From contig NC_083288.1 of NCBI RefSeq assembly GCF_963506605.1, positions 45,570,001-45,634,000 on the forward strand: a DNA stretch of 64,000 nucleotides. The letters are read 5' to 3'. Shown piece after piece: positions 12,747 to 24,186 of the stretch; positions within the stretch are counted from its first letter, which is position 1, and every line of letters begins with the position of its first letter. A program made the translations under genes and the position numbers. Below the pieces are notes generated by a model, which searched no databases, was not told the DNA's origin, and saw only the letters and a list, made by a program, of their open reading frames with translations. Source of the DNA: Zootoca vivipara (Eukaryota).

Positions 12747-13936
12747 AAGCTAAGGCAATCTGGCTAGAACAGAACGAACTAACTCTTGTTTGATTGATTA
12801 GCATAAGGATGAGAATAGTTTGATTGAGAAAGGATGGGGGGGGGACTATAAACTTGTGTTGAGTACTGGGAAAGAAGCAAGGCACCAGCTGAACAAATGC
12901 CACCAAATTTCATCAAACTATTTTAAAGATACGACTTCTGGGGAGCAATAATTGAGGAACGAAGGTCTCTTGTCACCTCTTTACTGGATTACAACTATTG
13001 ATCTCAAAATAGTAACCAGCCACTTAGAAGCCACATATACAAACTCTGCATCAGATTTTTCTTTCTTTCTGCATAACTTGGCTTGGGGACAAGAAACTGC
13101 AGCAGTTCAGTTCAGTAGCTGAGCCCCATACACAAATATTCTTCCAGATTAGTTTGTTGCAGTGGGACTCAAAGCTCATGTCTCTGGTGTATCCTAATAA
13201 AGTGAGAGCTAGCATCTCTCATGCTAAATGCTGGCTTAGGAACAATAAGCTGCACCATTGCCTTTGAGTGGTTGCCTCTATAAGCTTCAAAGAGTGAATA
13301 GCTCTCATGCAAGGACCTGAATGGGTAACATTGCATGCCATATGATTCTTCATGGTAGCAAAGAAATGGATAAATACATGGCATAAAATTTGCAGAGTTT
13401 GTTGGTTAGTGATGTAAGGAAGTAGAAAAAATCTTTTAGAAAGAATGGAGGATATAGAAATTGCTGGTGGGGAAATTGTATGCTACATTGTATTTTCCTT
13501 TCTATGGTGGTTTTAATTTTGCTTGACTGATGCATTTTTAGTTGTTAGCCTCCACAAGGCAGGAAAGGGAGGAGATACAATATCACAGTTTGGAGTTGGA
13601 TCCAATAAAGCCATCCCATTAGCCTAAGCATTTCTGTCTCTGCACCAGGATTTGTCTATTTTTTCTGTGCACCCTCATGCTTTCCTAGATCTGTTCTGTG
13701 GGCTCCCCAAACCCTCTGGATCAGATTTGGACAGGTGCAGAGAGAGGAAGTCCTGTTGTGCAGGTAGAAGTATTTCCACCATTGGGACAACTTGATTGGT
13801 TGTAGTGACAAAGATACACTATGCCTGCGAAATACACATCTTGCTGTGTTTGGTGTGGTGAAAATATATTGAAAATATATTGTGAAATTGCATGTCCTCT
13901 AATCCATCACTTTGCTCAGATTCATATATACTTTTG

Positions 13937-14640
13937 CGTGGTCAGGCGGAGAACCCCTAGCGGAATAACGACACCAGACAACGTTCTATGGGATTAAAAT
14001 TGGCCACAACTTTATTAAGATTCAGATGTAGGGAGACCCTGGCACAGGCACTGGGCGTTTATCCTCCCAGCCCCCCAGCCGGGGGTCTGGGTAATTTCCG
14101 GGTTATCCAGCATATACGAGGGTTGGGCTAGCTCTGGAGAACATAGCTCACCTCCCACATGCCGCCCCCCCCCCCATTTTGGTAAATGTCTAAAGGATTC
14201 TGCCCAAGGCCTGCAACTGCCAAAGTTGTGACGAATTGTTACGGGAAAGGTGAAACCTGCCAATGCAGGGAAATTCCTTTACGGCCCTTCAACAGGGGCC
14301 TTGTCGTAGCAGTGCCTGAGTGCATGTTCGCCTGCAGAAGAAAAGAGGTTAACCTGCAATGTAAGCATTAACTTTTTGGGAGTGGAGGGTGGAAAAGCTC
14401 TGGAGCCGTCGACTGCTTCCCAAGTATGTCTCGCCTTCTGCTGTGGGCACTGGGTGGTTACCGCCTCCTGCCTGGCCAATCCCACCCTGGCAACACCTCC
14501 CCCGGCCGGATTGGACGGCTGGCTGTGTGGGCACTGGGCAGAGACCACAGGTATCCAGCCTGGGAAGGTGGTGCCAGCCTCCAAACTGCTGGGGGCTGCC
14601 TGAGGCTCCCAGGTTGCTACGCACGACCGCACAAAATGCA
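13937..14640 (-). mobile_element. DIRS/Ngaro-like element, subfamily B
   Basis: 13937-14225 is a close reverse complement of 47500-47945; AATAAAGTTGTGGCC on the minus strand; right boundary approximate. Confidence 0.6.
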
Positions 14641-15100
14641 CAGCCCTTTTATATGGGGAACGGTCATTCTTCAATGTGGAAAGCACTAGTCCAAATGGAG
14701 AAGTCTGAAATTGTATATGTTTCTTTAAACTCAAGATACTTTCTCAGTCCTGGCTTAAAGGTACATGGCTGGAGGCAGTAAGACTTCTGAATGCCAGTGG
14801 CTGAGAACCCTACAAGGGGGAGAATGCTCTTGTGCTTGGATCCACCTTGTGGCTTTTCCAGAGGTATCCGAGTGGTCACTGTGAGAACAGGATGCTGAAC
14901 CAGAGGAGCCACCAGCATTATTTAAGCATGAGGGTCACAATACATATTGGGCAACTTTCCAAGCTCACGTAGCTTTAGCTGGTGAGACCAGACACACAAT
15001 TAAAATAATGTATACCTTTGCATACTGGGCTAGTCTCTACTCTCTCTCTCTCTCCAGCCCATCTTCCATCTGGATACCTCTTCTGTTTACTTCTAGGAGC

Positions 15101-16054
15101 ATGTTAACAATGAAGAACATCACCATGGTCAGTGGATTCATACTTTGGGGTTTAACAGATAACCGACAAGTTGAAATATTGCTTTTTAGCTTCCTGCTAG
15201 GCACGTATCTTTTGACAATAATATGGAACATAGTGATTATTACAATTACATTCGTGAATCACAGTCTCAACACCCCAATGTACTTCTTTCTGCGACACTT
15301 TGCTGTCTTGGAGATTGGGCTCACCAGCACCGTCCTCCCGAAAACTTTGGCCAACATGGCCAATGGCCAACAGACTATCTCTCTACCTGGTTGTTTCATA
15401 CAGGTGTATCTATACCTGGTTGTGGGAACCACAGAGTTTGCTCTGCTGGCGGTCATGTCCATTGACAGATATGTGGCTATCTGCAACCCTCTTCGCTACT
15501 CAACCATAATGAATGGCCGAACCTGCTCATTGATGGTGCTCTGCTCTTGGACCGGGGGATTTTTGCTTATCATGGCTCCGGCAATTATATTATTTCAAAT
15601 GCCCTTTTGTGGTCCAAATGCCATGGACCATTTTTTCTGTGACATTGGACCTCTGATTAAACTTGCATGCACAGATACAAGTCTTCTGGAACTCATGGTT
15701 CTCCTCACCGCTGCTTTTTCTCTCCTTGGGACCTTGACTATAAACATTGCATCCTATATCAATATTATTTCCACCATCATGCGTATCCCATCTACAATAG
15801 GGAGGAAAAAGGCTTTCTCTACTTGTGCTGCTCACATCATAGTGATCTCCATCACTTATGGTAGTTGCATTTTCATGTACATAAAACCAAAAGGCACCAG
15901 TGAATTAGACTTCAGCAAAGGGGTGGCCCTTCTGAACACTGTTGTGTCTCCTCTCCTGAATCCATTCATTTACTGCTTGAGGAACAGACAGTTTCAGGAT
16001 GCCCTGAGAGCTGGATTTAGACAGTGTATCACATTTCACGAGACCCCTGTATGA
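15101..16054 (+). CDS. Olfactory receptor, family-6-like (subfamily A, copy 3)
   Basis: OR motifs present; first ATG after acceptor ttctag is 15101, ATG 15110 matches paralog length; TM1 GN is WN. Confidence 0.9.
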   Translation: MLTMKNITMVSGFILWGLTDNRQVEILLFSFLLGTYLLTIIWNIVIITITFVNHSLNTPMYFFLRHFAVLEIGLTSTVLPKTLANMANGQQTISLPGCFIQVYLYLVVGTTEFALLAVMSIDRYVAICNPLRYSTIMNGRTCSLMVLCSWTGGFLLIMAPAIILFQMPFCGPNAMDHFFCDIGPLIKLACTDTSLLELMVLLTAAFSLLGTLTINIASYINIISTIMRIPSTIGRKKAFSTCAAHIIVISITYGSCIFMYIKPKGTSELDFSKGVALLNTVVSPLLNPFIYCLRNRQFQDALRAGFRQCITFHETPV

Positions 16055-16566
16055 TTGGAGAGAGCATCATCCAAACATGACTTCTGATATGAAAATACGT
16101 TTAACAGCCAGCTGAAAGGTTATGGCTCAAGAGACTAATTTTAACACCTGGGACCAGAAAGAAAGAAAGAAAGAAATAGCTTCACATTAAGGCTTTTTAA
16201 AGATGAACATTCCTTCCCGCTTGGTGAAAAGCATCAAAGACTTCTCTCAGAGCCACTTCCCCCTGTTCCACCAGAATGAGCTTCCCTAGCCAGACTCCCC
16301 ATTTGCAACTTACCCCAGGGAAACAAGGTGGCAGCTATGTTTTCAAAAAAAAGTCAAACACATGAAGGCACAAGAAGCTGAGAACTTTATTTAAATGCCT
16401 GGCGGGGTGGCAAGGGAAACCCATGTAAAACTTCAGCACTGCAGTACAGCTAAAATTGATTATGTTAAACCTGTCAGAAGATCACCTAATGTCTCCCAGT
16501 TTAAGGATGTCAGGATATATGTTGACTCTTATTGGCAGGCAGGGTTATGTTAAGTTGTCGGGAGGC

Positions 16567-17176
16567 CAGTGCCAGATTTACGTATAAACTAAGCAAGCTA
16601 TAGCTTAGGGCCCCACTCTCTTTGGACCCGCCAAAAAAATCCACTATTAATATACTTCTTCTTAATTGTATTTCAGTTCAGCAATTACTTTGATAAAATA
16701 CATATTTTGTTAGGTGCAAATGGCTTTAGATACATATTAGGTCCATAAATTACTGTATACTATTCAACACAAAAAAGCAGTGACAACAGGACAGCTGGAC
16801 GTATATTATCTTCCCATTATCTTCAGTAGCTTAGGGCCTCATCAAACCCAAAGAGACTAGGGCCCAACGGGAGTTGTCATCTTTTCGTAGGGCCTGCAAG
16901 ACAGAGCTGCTCCACTTGGCCTTTGGACTGACTCAGTCTGACCCCGGTGTTACCCTCCCCTAAGGTTTTATCCTACAGATATTTAAATGATGTTGCACTT
17001 GTAGATTCCTGATTTTAAAATTGAATTTTAACATTGTATTTAATCTGCATTTTAATTGAATTGTTTCTTTTATGCTTGCTTTGATATTCTTGTTGTTAGC
17101 CGCCCTGAGCCCGGTCTTGACTGGGAAGGGCGGGGTATGAACAAAATTATTATTATTATTATTAAATCTGGTCCTG
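16567..17176. mobile_element. hAT MITE with nested L2 3' tail (about 16850-17162)
   Basis: TIRs cagtgccagattta / taaatctggtcctg, 8-bp TSD cgggaggc/caggaggc; inverted homolog at 18469. Confidence 0.8.
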
Positions 17177-17337
17177 CAGGAGGCTGAATCAATCAGCTAG
17201 GAAATTCAAATGCTCCTCACAGATCCCTTTGGTAATTAAACTTACAAATGTTCCTAGATGTGTCTCTTTGTAAAGTAGTGGTAGTTTATTGTTTTAGATA
17301 TTAATATGTAAATAAAGCCAGGGAACTTCCCTGGCAG

Positions 17338-17393
<56 letters not shown>

Positions 17394-18286
17394 CTTGTAT
17401 GCTTGTACCATGAATCTCCCTTTCTTTCCTGTAAGATTGGTCCTGCGGCAATGATATTAAAGATGCTCTAATCTTATGGGGCTTTTCCTTTGAAATTGTA
17501 TATGTTTTTTTTTTTTTTTGGTAAATTCCCCACCTGGAAAAAGGACATTCGGAAGTGATTCCCCCCCCTCATGACACTCAACTATGATTTTATCCCACCC
17601 CCACTCCCTAGCCCTGCAATCTTCAACATAGGCAACAGAATAACCCATGAATATTTTAGAATGGTTTTTATAACATGCAAAATTAATGAAATTAGCCAAT
17701 AATAGAAATGACTTGCCATCTTCGGCTACTAAATGATTTCTAAATGCAACGGAATATAGTGATTGTTTATTTCTTTGAAAAATTTAAACTCGCAATTCAG
17801 CCAAATAAGATAGTCATTTCCCTCAGACTTAAAATCTAAAAGTTACAACACACACACACACACACACGAATTGAGAGGGAGGATGGGGAAAGGACAATCA
17901 GCCACTAGTTCTTAGATACAAAGTCCTTATAACAATCACCTGGAATGGAAATAGTTGGAAAAGAGGAGGGGCCAAAAGTTGCATGTCTCTTGGTGAGACC
18001 CCGCCCCCCTTCATCTGTTGTAGCCTTATGGAATGGCTGCTGCCAAGTGATAGTTGAGGGAGATGGTGAGCATTTCTCAGGAAAGCTGATGAAGCGGCCC
18101 TTCCTTCTATTACACACTGACTTAATATGCAGTAGGCTTCAAAAAAACTAAAACTACCATTTGTAAGTTAAATGTCTGGAATAGAATTCTCAAAACATCT
18201 GGGAATCTTTTAAAAGTTCCTATGTTTCCTGCATGTAAGGAAAGTTTCAATATGTTTTTCATACTCAGGACTGTAACAGGGAAAAA

Positions 18287-18372
18287 GAAGGAAGGAAGGA
18301 AGGAAGGAAGGAAGGAAGGAAGGAAGGAAGGAAGGAAGGAAGGAAGGAAGGAAGGAAGGAAGGAAGGAAGGA
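18287..18372. repeat. (GAAG)n microsatellite
   Basis: Tetranucleotide run. Confidence 0.95.
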
Positions 18373-18468
18373 TACATGGGTTCTAGTAGGCTATTGGGCA
18401 GAAGGAGGGTGCCGTCTCCAATATATGAGTATTGTCTCTTTCATCCTCCACTGAATGGCAATGATTAT

Positions 18469-18729
18469 CAGGGCCGGATTTAGTTCTGATGAGGCCCTAC
18501 GGTACTAAAGGTAATGGGGCCCTTTGTCCTTTGTCAACAACAAATGGTCACTGTTTTTTTGTATTGAATATATGCTATATGGTAATTTATGGACCTAATA
18601 GGTAGCTAAAGCCATTTGCACATAACAAAATATGTAGTTTATCAAAGTAATTGTTGAACTGAAATACAATTAAGAAGTGAATTTCTCCCCCCCCCCAGAG
18701 AGTGGGGCCCTAAGTTGTATCCGGCACTG
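18469..18729. mobile_element. hAT MITE
   Basis: TIRs cagggccggat / atccggcactg, imperfect 8-bp TSD atgattat/gtgattac. Confidence 0.8.
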
Positions 18730-18733
18730 GTGA

Positions 18734-19714
18734 TTACCCTTCCTTCCTTGGAAAGCTAGTCTTCAGCTTCTTTGTGGTGCATGAGAGTCTGGACACTGTG
18801 TCTTTGAGCACCTCCTTGACCTGCTGATTCCTCAGCGTATAGATGAATGGATTGAACAAGTGGGTGACAATACAGGTTTGGAGGGTCACAGCTTTCTTGA
18901 GGCCAAAGGAAAAGCCTTTGTTGGGCACGATGTACATAAAGATAGCACTTCCATAGAAGACAGAGGCCACCGTGATGTGGGAAGCACAAGTGGAGAAGGC
19001 CTTTTTCCTACCTGTCGTGGATGGGATGCGGAGGATGGTGGTGATGATATACAGGTAGGATACCACTGTCAGCATCAGAGAGCTCAAGAGCACAATGGCC
19101 GAAAGGGAGAACTCAATCATCTCCAGGAGGGCAGTGTCAGCACAGGAAAGTCTTATCAATGGCTCAATGTCACAGAAGAAGTGGTCAATTATGTTAGGAC
19201 CACAAAAAGGTAGCTTAGAGATAATGATGATTGGAGACAGGACTGAAAAGAAGCCCCCAAACCAGGAGAGAAGCATTAGCTGGATTGTCAAGCGTATATT
19301 CATTATGGTGGAATATCGGAGTGGGTTGCAGATAGCAACATACCTGTCCAAGGACATGACAGCCAAGAGGATGAATTCAGTGGTGCCAAGAAAGAAGTAG
19401 AAATAACACTGAGAGATACACCCAGATACGGATATGGCCTTCTTCTTTGATAAAAAGTCCCTCATCATCTTGGGAGCAATGGCTGTGGCCACCATGGCAT
19501 CAAGGAAGGACAGGTTACAGAGGAAGAAATACATGGGGCTGTGGAGTCGGCGGTCAACCCATGTTGCAGTAATGATGACCACGTTGCCAGTGATGGTCAA
19601 CATGTAGACCAAAAGGAGCACCACAAAGAAAACGATATCCACCTGCCAGACTACCGAGAAGCCCAGCAAGATGAATTCATTGACTTTGCTTGTGGTTTGG
19701 TTGTTTTTGTACAT
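18734..19714 (-). CDS. Olfactory receptor, family-6-like, 326 aa
   Basis: LHSPMYFFL, MSLDRYVAIC, HFFCD, KAFSTCASH, NPFIYTLRN; NQT sequon. Confidence 0.95.
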   Translation of the reverse strand: MYKNNQTTSKVNEFILLGFSVVWQVDIVFFVVLLLVYMLTITGNVVIITATWVDRRLHSPMYFFLCNLSFLDAMVATAIAPKMMRDFLSKKKAISVSGCISQCYFYFFLGTTEFILLAVMSLDRYVAICNPLRYSTIMNIRLTIQLMLLSWFGGFFSVLSPIIIISKLPFCGPNIIDHFFCDIEPLIRLSCADTALLEMIEFSLSAIVLLSSLMLTVVSYLYIITTILRIPSTTGRKKAFSTCASHITVASVFYGSAIFMYIVPNKGFSFGLKKAVTLQTCIVTHLFNPFIYTLRNQQVKEVLKDTVSRLSCTTKKLKTSFPRKEG

Positions 19715-20679
19715 TTGGGAGTTACCTAAAAAACATAAACATTACCTAAAAAACATAAACAATGGGTACTCATTAAGTAGATGCACTTAACTCAATGTAC
19801 TCAGGAGATAAATATCTCAAGCACAGATGATACTTCGATGTAGAAGTATAGAGAAAAGAGTGGTTGGGTGGGGGGAAGTGAACAAGGACTTTGTTTTGTA
19901 TTCTTCATTAGATGTCCCCAAGTTCAACTTTTATGAGAGAGGGATAAAAACGTATCTAGGGTCCTTTTTAAAAAGGATTTTGAGCTTCCAGCTTTAGTAT
20001 TTTAAAGGCTAGCTTGTGCTTAATTTTACTGATTAAATTTTGCTGTGCTTTATTATCTATGGATTGATCGACCTACAGACTTTTATGTACACTGCCCAGA
20101 TAACCTTAGTTGTGGGGTGGCATAGAAATACCACGAATAATAAATACATAAATAGTTCTGTATTAGTCTGCAGTGTGACAGTTCAGAGGCTACAAGAGGG
20201 AAACATTAAGTTGTAGCCACACAAATTTTACTCACAGTAGACATGTTGAAATTAAAGGACCTTGCTTAGTTGTGCTCATTAATCTCAATGAGGCAAGTCT
20301 GAGTATAATTAATATTGGATACAGCCCACTAAGTACTGAACTTACCAGTTGTGTTTCCTCTCTTCTGCCTGTAAATATATGAAGAAAAAGTCATTTTAAA
20401 ATGTGTTAAATGAAAAAGTAGAGCACATAAATCTCATCCCATCACACAATAAACATTGTAAGCTCCTGGCAATTTTATCTTAAAAAGCAAAAAGCAAAAT
20501 CTAACAACAGAAATCAAAGCAAATGCCAAAATAGAAAAGTTGTGTTCTTTGATGAAGAAACAATGCAGATTTCAGAGCATTTCTATGAGAGTTTTGATGA
20601 TGTTTGTGTGTTGCTTTCTGTAAAAGTAAAAAGCAGGAGGTGCGGGGCACAGAATAATAGCAAGAGAAGGCATTCATTC

Positions 20680-20835
20680 TCACCGTTCTTTGTCCCTGGT
20701 ATCTATAGGATATCTATGTGATGAGATGCCTTCTTTGGTGGTTTCAAACTCAAATTCCCATAAGTCTTCATTTTCTGTATTTCATGGAGAGCTTCCCAAA
20801 GGAATAATGGTTGCAAACAATTAAGAGTTGGTAGG
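20680..20835 (-). promoter_or_regulatory. Putative promoter and first non-coding exon of OR 18734-19714
   Basis: Conserved with 26410-26580; O/E-like TTCCCAAAGGAA, homeodomain-like CAATTA, minus-strand donor GGTGAG at about 20684. Confidence 0.45.
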
Positions 20836-22464
20836 CAAAATGTTGGATGCTTTAGACCAGGGTGGTTAATTTGTCACCATCTAGACGCTGAAGAACTCCC
20901 AAATCTTGCCGGCCCATCAGCATAATCAACGTCAAGGGATATTGGGAGTTGAAGATTCCCACTATGTGGTTTACAGCTTTTATTTTCAATACTATTCTAT
21001 TCTATTTTCTATTCTATTCTATTATTTTCAATACTAACAGTGCAGAGGATACTCCCACTGAATTCAATAGGACTTTCTCCCAGGTAGACATGCACAGGGC
21101 TGCAGAGCAAGTCCCATTGAACTTAATGTAGCTTTCTTCTGAGGAGACATGCATAGAATGTCACTGCTGGGGATTCAAGATGGTTCGAGGACAGTTCATA
21201 ATTGTTTTTCTTGGGTGAGAGGCAGCAGATCTCCTGCAGTAGCAGAAAGTTTGTACGACTGCTACTAGATGACCTTTGAGGTCCCTTCCAGCTCTCTGAT
21301 ACTAGGTAGGAGACAATGGTCACTCAAGTGGTCACTCTGGGGGTGCAGAGGAATTAACTTTGACCCATTTGTGGCACTCCGCTGGTCAGGACAGCAATGC
21401 ACCTACACCTATGGGGCTACCAAAATCCTGTAGCTCCTTCAATCCCACTTCTGCCCCAACAAATGCAGTCCTACCACCACTAGGACACCGCTGTCTCAGC
21501 CCTCATGAGCTGATGGTGATCCTTGCTTCTCTCTCTTCTAAGGTCACACGAGTATGGACTCAAAGCATTGGAATAGTAATACTAAAGTGTTTGCATTTGG
21601 AATAGCAGGTGATGGGGTGAAATAGCCATGCAAAGAACACTTTGGGGTGTGAATCAGAGTCAATGAGACTTGTGGCTTTGGGAGAGTTACATGGAAGAGA
21701 TAGAAAGGCTGAAGAGTTACAAATTTTGCTCTTGGGCTTCAGGTTCCCCATCCTCCTTCTCTCGGCGGTGCTACATAAGATTATCATAGGTGGCTATTAT
21801 CGTCTAGGGTTGCCATATTTCAAAAAATCTGGGCAAAAAAGTTATCGAGACTTTTTTTTGGCCAAAGTTGTTGAGCTGCTTTTTAGCTATTTTGAGCTAT
21901 TTTTCGATATTCGGCAAAATCAACACTGCCGAAATGACTTGCCATACGTCCTTGATATGTATGGGAAATTATGAACATATGCCAACCCTACTTACTCATT
22001 CTTTAATAATCAATTCCATCAAACCTGATGGAATTGATGATTCCATCATTATATTGAAATCAGGGGTAAAGTTGTTCCATTTTCATTTCCTTGGCTGAGA
22101 GGAAAGGAAAGTTCTGTTCTGTTCTGTTCTGCTGCATTTACTGACCCCAGCAGGAAACAATACTGAACATGCTTCATTTTTGTGAACAGAGAAATCGAGG
22201 GGGAACCATTGCACCAAAATTTATCCAGGAAGGGAATCTTGAAGAGTTCATTGAGGGTGGGGCTCGCCATTACCACAGCTTCTTCTCTCTCCATCCACAA
22301 CCACCACCAAGCTTGCAAGTGGGGGGGGGGCAGCAGCAAGTGTGTTGGGAGCCTGGCCATTATTTTTCACTCCTCACAGTACCCAGATCTATTGCTATTC
22401 TAGGGCATTTTGGTGATGAAGACAAGGGAAAGACTACTACAGAGCAGGTTCTACCCTTAAAGTA

Positions 22465-23270
22465 AAACATGGGTTGCGGAAGGGTTAACAAGATATCCCG
22501 GGGTTGGAGAGGCGGGTCAGTTTGGATGGCCACATGTGTGATCGGTGGGTTGAGCTGTTGCTGGGGAATTTAGCATGTAGCAAATGATTGATTGACAGCT
22601 TCTACACTTAAATATGCTTAGCGAGCAGCTTTCCCCCCACTTTTGCTGCTCGCAATGAATCTCCCGCCCGCCCTCTTCTAATTTTAGGTGTTTTTTGCTT
22701 GACCTTGCTGCGCCTGTCATGGGGTCGCCTGTTTTGGATCAGGGGCCTGGTAGGAATTTTGCCACTTGGCTGATTGGCTGGTGCCATGTGGTTTTTGCCT
22801 ACTACGCTGCAATAAGTCACAACTTGTAAGGTTGGTGGTTAGGCATTGGTTCAAATTGGATGGTGGAGGGGTATGGATTTTGGTTGGGCCTGCCCCTCAG
22901 GGTTGCTGCTGCCTTTAGGGGTATTCCTCTAAAGGAATCCTGGGGCTCTACATGTTTGTCCGTTCATCCCCGTTAGGGGCCAGGGCCACGCATGAGCCTC
23001 GGGGAGCATCTGAGGGATGAGGTCAAGGGTGTAGGCCCCTGCCCCGATCTCTCCCAGAGGGTGTTCACCTACTGGCTCCCCTACTAGGCTAGTGGGAGTC
23101 AGATCTGTCCCAGGCGGGGGACAGATGGCAAGAACCAGTGCCTAAGCAACCACTCACATTCAGTTGTATTTAAATAAAGTTGTGGCCAAAATTAATGCCA
23201 AAAACCTCAAACTTAAATATCATGTGATGTGTGAGTTATTGGGGGGATATCTTGGTACCTCGGCACACAA
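22465..23270 (+). mobile_element. DIRS/Ngaro-like terminal-repeat element, subfamily A
   Basis: Homologous to the 11328 and 37385 copies; AATAAAGTTGTGGCC at 23173. Confidence 0.6.
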
Positions 23271-24186
23271 TAACCTCCACTCAAAAAGATGGGTTTTTTT
23301 TGGGGGGGGAGGAATCTGCTTCCTTTATTGGGTATGTGTGCATGACATAATTTCTATTGATTCCCCCTCCCCCAAGCCTTCTTGTCACCTGACCCAATTT
23401 TATACCTCTGTTACTTTAACCTACTTATCCCCCTCCCAGAGGATCAAAGTAAGGATGAGGCACTTTTGGAACAAAACTAGAATTTTATTTACATAATCTT
23501 GTTGAGAGTTACAGCTTAATGGGTTACTCTGATAAGGCACAGCTCATTGTTTCACTCACTCTTTACATAACTTTATTAAAATCCACACTTTGAACCTCTC
23601 CCTGAATACAACAATCTCTTCTAGAGCGATTAGTGGTCTGGTCACACTACATAGTCTCTTGAGACAGATGGATGCCAACATCAACCAGTAAAACTCTCCC
23701 AGTCCCTTCTAAGATCTTTATGTTCCCCTCGTAAAAATGATCTGGCTTGCCCTGCCTAGCTAACTTCCAATTCAGCCCTAAGCAGGCTCTGAACTGCACC
23801 CTATCTATGTGCTCTAAGCCCTAACAAACATTTGCTGTCAGAAAAGCCATATATGATAACAAAACTCACCTAATTTGACAATACTCCACACAGTACTGAT
23901 TGGTTTCTGGTTCAACAGGAGGCTAACCTGTCTGTCCGTCAGACCCAGTTACCCAGTTTTCTATTTATAACCATTTTACATGTAGTGATATCTTGCATTT
24001 TCAAGGTTCATGCAGTCATTTGCTGGTGATATAGTAGTTAAAAGACAGGAGCTGCACCCCCCCCTCCCAGAAGAAACACCACAACCAGCAGTCCATCACA
24101 TACTTGCTCACATTCTAATCAGCCTGAACAAACTGAATCATGATGATGCAATGAAGAAAGGAAAGGATGTATCAAACAGCTTCTTC

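Noticed and set aside
15008-15100. N-terminal extensions in the ORF track (also 8164-8202)
   Set aside because: They run through pyrimidine-rich acceptor or intron sequence; paralogs start downstream
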